Positions 58,766 to 64,000 of a stretch of DNA of 64,000 bases are shown here, piece by piece. Both the position numbers and the translations under genes were made by a program. Under the pieces are notes generated by a model. The model worked only from the letters and a program-made list of their open reading frames with translations. It was not told where the DNA came from and ran no database searches. The stretch is taken from the NCBI GenBank assembly GCA_964356795.1, contig CAYHIK010000004.1:2743-66742 (forward strand). The letters are read 5' to 3'. The stretch's first letter is position 1, and each line of letters starts with the position of its first letter. This DNA comes from an uncultured Candidatus Saccharibacteria bacterium. GTDB lineage: Bacteria > Patescibacteriota > Minisyncoccia > 2-02-FULL-40-12 > GWA2-44-9.

Positions 58766-58973
58766 AAATACGGAAACCCCAGCGGGCCTTGCGGCTGGCT
58801 GGGGCGTTGATGTTTCTATAGTACTCCTATAGGCCCTCGCCTGTCAACACCCCTATTTGAGGCCAATTCTGAACCTTTTTAGAACAATATCAACATCTGT
58901 CCCACCCTGCGTTTTACTATATCAGAAAAAAGAAAGGCGGCCATTACTGGTCGCCTCATTTCCTCTCTCCCTG

Positions 58974-59246
58974 TCACCACGAAAGCGGAATCTTGTACTG
59001 ACAGACGACGTGGGGATTGGGAAGAACATCGTCGAAGACGGCATTCGGTGGATGGGCCCAGATTACCTTCTGCTGTTCCCACCGAGCAGTTGCTTCGGCG
59101 ACGAGAACGGCCCACCTTGCCTTCGCCTCCTTGACCGCCCCTTCTTCCGTAGTGGCGCTCAGAAGAATCTGCACCGTTTCGATGTCGTGTACGTTCTCCA
59201 TCCAGTTCTTGGATGTGTACACGAGGTACCATTTTCCACTGTGCAT
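58974..59246 (-). CDS. Hypothetical cassette protein
   Basis: Own TTGACA/TACGCT promoter and SD. Confidence 0.6.
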   Translation of the reverse strand: MHSGKWYLVYTSKNWMENVHDIETVQILLSATTEEGAVKEAKARWAVLVAEATARWEQQKVIWAHPPNAVFDDVLPNPHVVCQYKIPLSW

Positions 59247-59300
59247 AACCACCTTCCCTACAAATATAAGCGTACCACATTATTGTGGCATCTGTCAAGC

Positions 59301-59329
59301 TTGCTGGGGGTACTGGGCGAAGTTAGAAC
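59301..59329 (-). repeat. att-like repeat R2
   Basis: ttgctgggggtactgggcgaagttagaac. Confidence 0.75.
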
Positions 59330-59440
59330 CGCATTGATAGTGGGCGCTTCGTCGTTTGCATTGCAAGTATAGCAAAAAGCCAAATGAAAAGGGGCGAATC
59401 TTTCGATTGCCCCTTCGGTGAACTGCTTCAAGATGTAGCG

Positions 59441-59923
59441 CTACAAGTCGATGATGTCTTCGTGGCCGTGCATCATCGCCATCGCCATCGCGCCGCTCTT
59501 CATCACGAGACCACCGAGGCCTCGCACCAACTCCCGCACTTCCCTTCCGGTCGCATCGTCGGGAATGGTGGTGCGCAGAGCGATGTCGCCGTATGGGTAG
59601 CCCAGCTCATCGCGAAGCCGTTGCTGCACCTCGGCCTCCGAAGAAGATGAGCTGATGATGTGTCGCGCAGCGACCTCGATTTCGACATCGGTCATCTCGT
59701 CATAGGACTTGTGCCGTGCCACGAGCTCTCCGAGCTGACCGATGAAATCGGCGTGCTTGGCACCAGCGATGACGGCTTCAGCAACCGACAGCGCCTTGCG
59801 CGGGTTCCGCTGGCCCACGAAGGGCATGGAGGGATTTCGACCCCTCGAGTGACACCACTTGGCGTGAGCCACGACTTCTTCGGCGGAACCTTGTGCATGC
59901 TGGGAAAGGGCGTACTTCTTCAC
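59441..59923 (-). CDS. Hypothetical cassette protein
   Basis: AGGAGG + GTG start; TTGACT/TATAAT promoter; downstream hairpin. Confidence 0.7.
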   Translation of the reverse strand: MKKYALSQHAQGSAEEVVAHAKWCHSRGRNPSMPFVGQRNPRKALSVAEAVIAGAKHADFIGQLGELVARHKSYDEMTDVEIEVAARHIISSSSSEAEVQQRLRDELGYPYGDIALRTTIPDDATGREVRELVRGLGGLVMKSGAMAMAMMHGHEDIIDL

Positions 59924-59992
59924 GTGTGACCTCCTTTTCCTGCAAAATCAGGATAGTCTAATTATACCATATTTCTATGGTATAAGTCAAGT

Positions 59993-60021
59993 TAGCTGGC
60001 GCTCCTAGACGACATTAGAAC
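59993..60021 (-). repeat. att-like repeat R3
   Basis: tagctggcgctcctagacgacattagaac. Confidence 0.8.
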
Positions 60022-60095
60022 TGCGCTACTCAATGAAGGGGCGATATTTGTACTTAGTATAGAAATCCCCCGCCGGTAAAAGCGGGGGTGTGGGA

Positions 60096-60527
60096 TTACG
60101 GAAAGATGGTCTCTCCATTCCACGGACAGTTGGGACACTCCTGCTTGTGGAGCGCCTCGATTTCGGAGAGGTGCGCTGCGATCTCCCTATCGAGGGTGAT
60201 ACATGCCTTGTTGTAGGCATTGCCCGCCTCGTTGTAGGCGGTGCGGGCCTTGTCGAAGGCGGTGTGGGCCTTGTCGAAGGCGGTGTGGGCCTCGTTAAAG
60301 ACGTCGCCTGCCTCGTTGTAGGCGGTGCGGGCCTTGTTGTAGGCGTCGCCTGCCTTCAGCACGGCTTCGGGCAATACACCCTTCACGGGCTGGAAGAGAC
60401 GGATGCGAAGCTCGCGCTCCTCCACGGCCTTCTGCGTGTTGATGTACGCGGCTCGTTCATCGTAACTGTCGCACCATTCGAGAAGTATGAGATGGTGCAC
60501 GTGCCAGAAGAGACCTCTCTGCTTCAT
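60096..60527 (-). CDS. Hypothetical heptad-repeat metal-binding cassette protein
   Basis: WHVHH, 21-nt tandem repeats, HKQECPNCPW; GGAGG SD. Confidence 0.8.
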   Translation of the reverse strand: MKQRGLFWHVHHLILLEWCDSYDERAAYINTQKAVEERELRIRLFQPVKGVLPEAVLKAGDAYNKARTAYNEAGDVFNEAHTAFDKAHTAFDKARTAYNEAGNAYNKACITLDREIAAHLSEIEALHKQECPNCPWNGETIFP

Positions 60528-60582
60528 GTGTTACCTCCGATGAGAGTATACCACTATATTGTGGTGCGTGTCAAGTTTGCTG

Positions 60583-60803
60583 CACATTCGGCCTACTGGC
60601 CTCAGTACTTCCTCGCTCGCGCTCGGTTGCGGGACTTGGATTCACCGTCGGTCAAGGCGTCGTCAGTCACTCCGCCTCGCCTCACGGCTCCGGCCCTCAC
60701 GGTATCATTTACTAATGATACATCGTTCCGGGCTTCGAATCCAAGCCCTCCATCAACCAGCGAATATAAAACACCCGAAGTGGGTGTTTTATATTCGTAG
60801 CTG
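60583..60803 (-). ncRNA. Type II gene-less structured cassette B (with terminator)
   Basis: Colinear with 62303-62524, compensatory stem changes. Confidence 0.6.
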
Positions 60804-60860
60804 GGGGTACTAGACGACGTTAGAACTATACTACTGGGCGGAATGTCGTCGTTTGCATAC
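60798..60860 (-). repeat. att-like repeat R4
   Basis: 60/63 identical to R1. Confidence 0.85.
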
Positions 60861-60914
60861 GTTTTAGCATAAAAAAGACCCCGGACAGCGTTGTGTTGCT
60901 GCCGGGGCCGTGAC

Positions 60915-61661
60915 TTACTTCGGAGAGATAGACAGGAGTGCGGGATTGAGAACCCCACCCGACTCGTTGGCTTTTTCGCCCTCGTTTCCGAGCTGAGTCT
61001 TGACGTTGTGCCAGCGGCGAAGCTGTTCGCCGTACTTCCAGCACTGCGAGAGCATTGAGACGGCGCATCCGTACATGAAGCCCGTGATGCCCTCGAGGTC
61101 AGCCTCGGAAGATGCTGCGTCCGCAACATCTTCCAGTCTCTTCCCTTGAGCCATCTCGATCTGCATGAGACGCGCCCAACGTTCCGCGTAAGCGAGCACC
61201 GCGCTGCCGTAGCCGTCCTGGTTGCTTTCTCTGAACTTGAGCCAGCCGCGCCAGCCACTCGCGCTCTCAATTGCAAGGCCTGGATCGTTGAGCAGCTTGG
61301 CCTCGACGGCTTCGCGGTGGGCACGAGCCTTCTTCTCGTACTCCGCCCCTCGCCTCTGTCGCTTGCGCTCGTTCTCGGCTTCGATGCGAGCGTCGTTCGC
61401 CTTCTCTGTGTCTGTGAGAGCGGGCTTCGGATGGGGACCAACACTCTTGCCGATGTAGCCACTCAACGCTCGCGACCAGTCGCGGTAGATGAGCTCGGGA
61501 TTGGAGTCCTCGCGCACCGACACGACCACATCGTTGAACTCGAACTTGATGACCCGCTTCTTCTTCGCCGAGAGCGCGATTGCTTCGGCGATGGTCGGCC
61601 CGATACTTGAGCCGCACATCACGTCGTACACGCCACCCTTCTCTCGCCACAGATTCTCCAC
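60915..61661 (-). CDS. Hypothetical phage-like cassette protein
   Basis: GGAGG + GTG start; GITGFMYGCAV...W.YGE.LRRWHN. Confidence 0.75.
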   Translation of the reverse strand: MENLWREKGGVYDVMCGSSIGPTIAEAIALSAKKKRVIKFEFNDVVVSVREDSNPELIYRDWSRALSGYIGKSVGPHPKPALTDTEKANDARIEAENERKRQRRGAEYEKKARAHREAVEAKLLNDPGLAIESASGWRGWLKFRESNQDGYGSAVLAYAERWARLMQIEMAQGKRLEDVADAASSEADLEGITGFMYGCAVSMLSQCWKYGEQLRRWHNVKTQLGNEGEKANESGGVLNPALLSISPK

Positions 61662-61713
61662 GTTCTCCTCCCTTTCTCTTTGCTTCTCAGAACTTGGTTG
61701 CCCCATCGTTGTG

Positions 61714-62229
61714 TCAGTTGACTGAGTGGTGGAGTCCCTCGACTCCGCTGACGAGCCCGTTGCCCGCACTGACTGCACTTGGGGCCCAGCCCTGCCTGAT
61801 GGTGGCGAGCCACTGTTCGTAGGTCGCGCCCATGTCTGCGAAGGCAGGAGCGTTGTTGTCGGCGAGCCAGCGAGCGAGAGCTTCCGGCGTCTCCATGACT
61901 GGAGAAATCGGCGTGCCCTCGGAGGTGGATTCGTACATCTGGTAGTGAGTGCGCTCCGCCTCCGGCCAATCCGGCATGGAGTCTTCCTTCTTAGGAATGG
62001 GGCCGTTCTCCTCTTCGAAGGTCCTACCGTCGGTCGAAGCGTCACGAGGCACGAAGCTGGGCGGTTGCGTTGCGTAGCTGAGCTCGTTACCCAGGGCCCA
62101 CTGACACGCTTCGATCTTGTAGGCTTCGAGCCTCTCCTTGAAGCTGTCGCTCAACAGCGGAATGAAGTAGCCCCTCGCGTCCCTGGGATGCTCCCAGTTC
62201 GCGGAAACTCTGCGAACTTCTCTGCTCAT
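61714..62229 (-). CDS. Hypothetical phage-like cassette protein
   Basis: AGGAGG SD; MSREVRRV..NWEHP, YESTSEGTPISP. Confidence 0.75.
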   Translation of the reverse strand: MSREVRRVSANWEHPRDARGYFIPLLSDSFKERLEAYKIEACQWALGNELSYATQPPSFVPRDASTDGRTFEEENGPIPKKEDSMPDWPEAERTHYQMYESTSEGTPISPVMETPEALARWLADNNAPAFADMGATYEQWLATIRQGWAPSAVSAGNGLVSGVEGLHHSVN

Positions 62230-62302
62230 CTCGACCTCCTTGTAGTGTCAAGAACTCAAACAATAGCATACCACATTTATATGGAATAAGTCAAGTTTGC
62301 TG

Positions 62303-62524
62303 CACATTCAGTCTGCTAGCCTCAGTACTTCCTCGCTCGCGCTCGGTCGCGGGGCTTGGATTCACCCGCCACTCTCGATGCCACCAGTCGTGGCATCTCG
62401 GTTCTGGGCTCCGGCCCTCACGGCCACATCAGCTGATGTGGCATCGTTCCGGGCTTCGAATCCAAGCCCTCCATCAAACAGCGAATATAAAACACCCGAA
62501 GTGGGTGTTTTATATTCGTAGCTG
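62303..62524 (-). ncRNA. Type II gene-less structured cassette A (with terminator)
   Basis: Directly downstream of tRNA-Gln; paralog of 60583-60803. Confidence 0.6.
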
Positions 62525-62592
62525 CGGGACTTGGATTCGAACCAAGATAGGCGGATCCAAAATCCGCAGTCCTACCATTAGACGACCCCGCA
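62522..62592 (-). tRNA. tRNA-Gln (TTG), CCA not encoded
   Basis: Cloverleaf: TGCGGGG/TCCCGCA acceptor, GCGGA-TTTTGGA-TCCGC anticodon arm, CTTGG-TTCGAAT-CCAAG T arm. Confidence 0.96.
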
Positions 62593-62752
62593 ATGTCCTA
62601 CCATTAGACCCGCCTCGACTTGACGTCTTCGGCGAGGCGGGCGATCCCGCAATGTGAAATACTAACGGGGAAATAATACAGGAAAAATAGGTTTATGTCG
62701 ACTTTTCGAAGATGTGGTGTATCATGCGGGAGGCCACACAGAGGAGGCTTCG

Positions 62753-63148
62753 ATGTCGAGTCCTACATGGGTGAAAACGTTCCTTGCATCAAGCGATCGA
62801 AAGGCGCATGAGTCGCACGAACTCCTCAACGAACTCGTGCGACTCAACACCATCACCATCGGCGACCTGTCGGTGACGTGCGTAGCCTGCTGGGAGGTTC
62901 ACCCGCTTCGCGAGTGGACGTTCATCCAGAACCGCTACTACGTCTACTCCACGGGATGCACGGGTGGCGACTACTGGGTTGACTGTAAAGTCGAGAGCTG
63001 TCACATTCAGTGCCCTTCGTGTCATGCGAAGAGCTATCTGTATAATCGCCACGACCGAGATGTGCTCGTCGCGCTTCTTTCGCGAAAAGATATTTCTCGA
63101 GAAAAGATTTTCGTGAATCCCATCATCATCACGGAGAACCGCAGTTGA
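62753..63148 (+). CDS. Hypothetical zinc-binding protein
   Basis: Two CxxC pairs; GAGGAGG SD. Confidence 0.65.
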   Translation: MSSPTWVKTFLASSDRKAHESHELLNELVRLNTITIGDLSVTCVACWEVHPLREWTFIQNRYYVYSTGCTGGDYWVDCKVESCHIQCPSCHAKSYLYNRHDRDVLVALLSRKDISREKIFVNPIIITENRS

Positions 63149-63184
63149 AGAATACTCACACCCCCGCCACGGCGGGGGCTTTTC

Positions 63185-63607
63185 TTACTTCCCTGTGGAG
63201 CCGAATCCACCGGAGCCTCGAATTGTGGATGAGAGTTTTTTGACCTCTTTGATGTGCGCTTGGTGCACACGCTGAATGAGCATCTGTGCGATTTTGTGCC
63301 CTACCTCCAGCGCAACTTTTTTGCGACCAAGATTCATGAGCGCAACCTTGATTTCACCTCGATAGCCGGCGTCGATGACGCCCCCCATGACTTTCAGTCC
63401 ATGCTTGCTGGCGAGTCCGCTTTTGTCCCAAATCAGTCCGACGCATCCCCTCGGAATCTCCATCGCCAGACCCGTGGCAATCAATGCCATGCGGCCCGCA
63501 GGGATGCTTACACGCTCGACGGTGCACATATCCATACCTGCGTCATGCTTCTGCGCGTACGACGGCACCTGCGCTGACGGATGAAGTTTCATAATTTTTA
63601 TATTCAT
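63185..63607 (-). CDS. dut: dUTPase
   Basis: AGMD, KSGLA, GVIDAGYRGE, KIAQ, RGSGGFGSTG. Confidence 0.96.
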   Translation of the reverse strand: MNIKIMKLHPSAQVPSYAQKHDAGMDMCTVERVSIPAGRMALIATGLAMEIPRGCVGLIWDKSGLASKHGLKVMGGVIDAGYRGEIKVALMNLGRKKVALEVGHKIAQMLIQRVHQAHIKEVKKLSSTIRGSGGFGSTGK

Positions 63608-63900
63608 ACCGCGTACCATATCAAAACGAAAGCCGAGTGGATACGCCACCTCTCCCCTCATCCCCCGCGAGACCATACCCCGACTCATCTCTCGCTACAC
63701 ACGAATAGCGCACGGCCAATTCCATACGACGCATCAAACCAAGATGATGCGTCTGGAGGAATCGACTACGTGCGCTACTTATTTCTCGCGAGCCGCTTCG
63801 CTACGATTTCGCTGGGATATGGTCTCGCAATGAATGCGCCTGCCCTCGGAGCGATCCCCTTGGGCCAGAGAGCCATCGTGAGCACCAAGCTATAGCAATG

Positions 63901-63999
63901 GCATCCGAGATGAGTGCCCGGAATCATCCGCATGACCGGAGCCTAAAGACGGAGTCGACGGCGGAGATTCGGATGATTCCGTGGCACGAAGAGGATGCC
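63901..63999 (+). repeat. Long hairpin element related to the type I repeat
   Basis: ggcatcc/ggatgcc, gtgcc/ggcac and cggaatcatccg/cggatgattccg stems enclosing cggagc...gacggcggaga. Confidence 0.55.
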
Positions 64000-64000
64000 G

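Noticed and set aside
44960-60527. Diversity-generating retroelement template/variable repeat pair
   Set aside because: The paralogs diverge throughout, not specifically at adenines; no reverse transcriptase
60586-60610. Hammerhead ribozyme (CTGAGGCCAGTAGGCCGAA on the minus strand)
   Set aside because: Lacks the CUGANGA and GAAA core; the copy near 200 has CTAAAG
58089-60860. CRISPR array
   Set aside because: The repeats are 0.7-1.2 kb apart and separated by genes; no cas genes
58089-62592. Prophage or classical integron
   Set aside because: No integrase, structural genes or attC-type palindromes; the cassettes carry their own promoters
63581-63895. 104-aa + strand ORF
   Set aside because: Overlaps the dut start and has no convincing start or motif

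Overview
Bacterial chromosomal window (genetic code 11), most likely Patescibacteria/CPR (Parcubacteria-like). This is inferred from the T4SS-type pilin, the coiled-coil lytic transglycosylase, DsbA-VKOR-DsbA and frequent leaderless starts. Housekeeping genes (rny, mnmA, NAD kinase, msrB, rarA, engB, dut, tRNA-Gln) are interleaved with many accessory genes. The main observations: (1) downstream of tRNA-Gln(TTG) lies an array of small self-promoted gene cassettes separated by four att-like repeats that mimic the tRNA 3' end, with no integrase in the window. It includes two gene-less ~220-bp structured cassettes with covarying stems and a shared CCA-N8-TGG palindrome inside the cassette promoters. 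(2) A second dispersed structured repeat family with covariation. (3) A J-domain/pseudokinase + vWA + divergent PurA-like operon opposite an NrtR-type regulator with two candidate operators. (4) Two divergent SelO-like proteins, one fused to a methyltransferase-like domain and two cNMP-binding domains. All calls come from reading motifs by eye; no database search was run.
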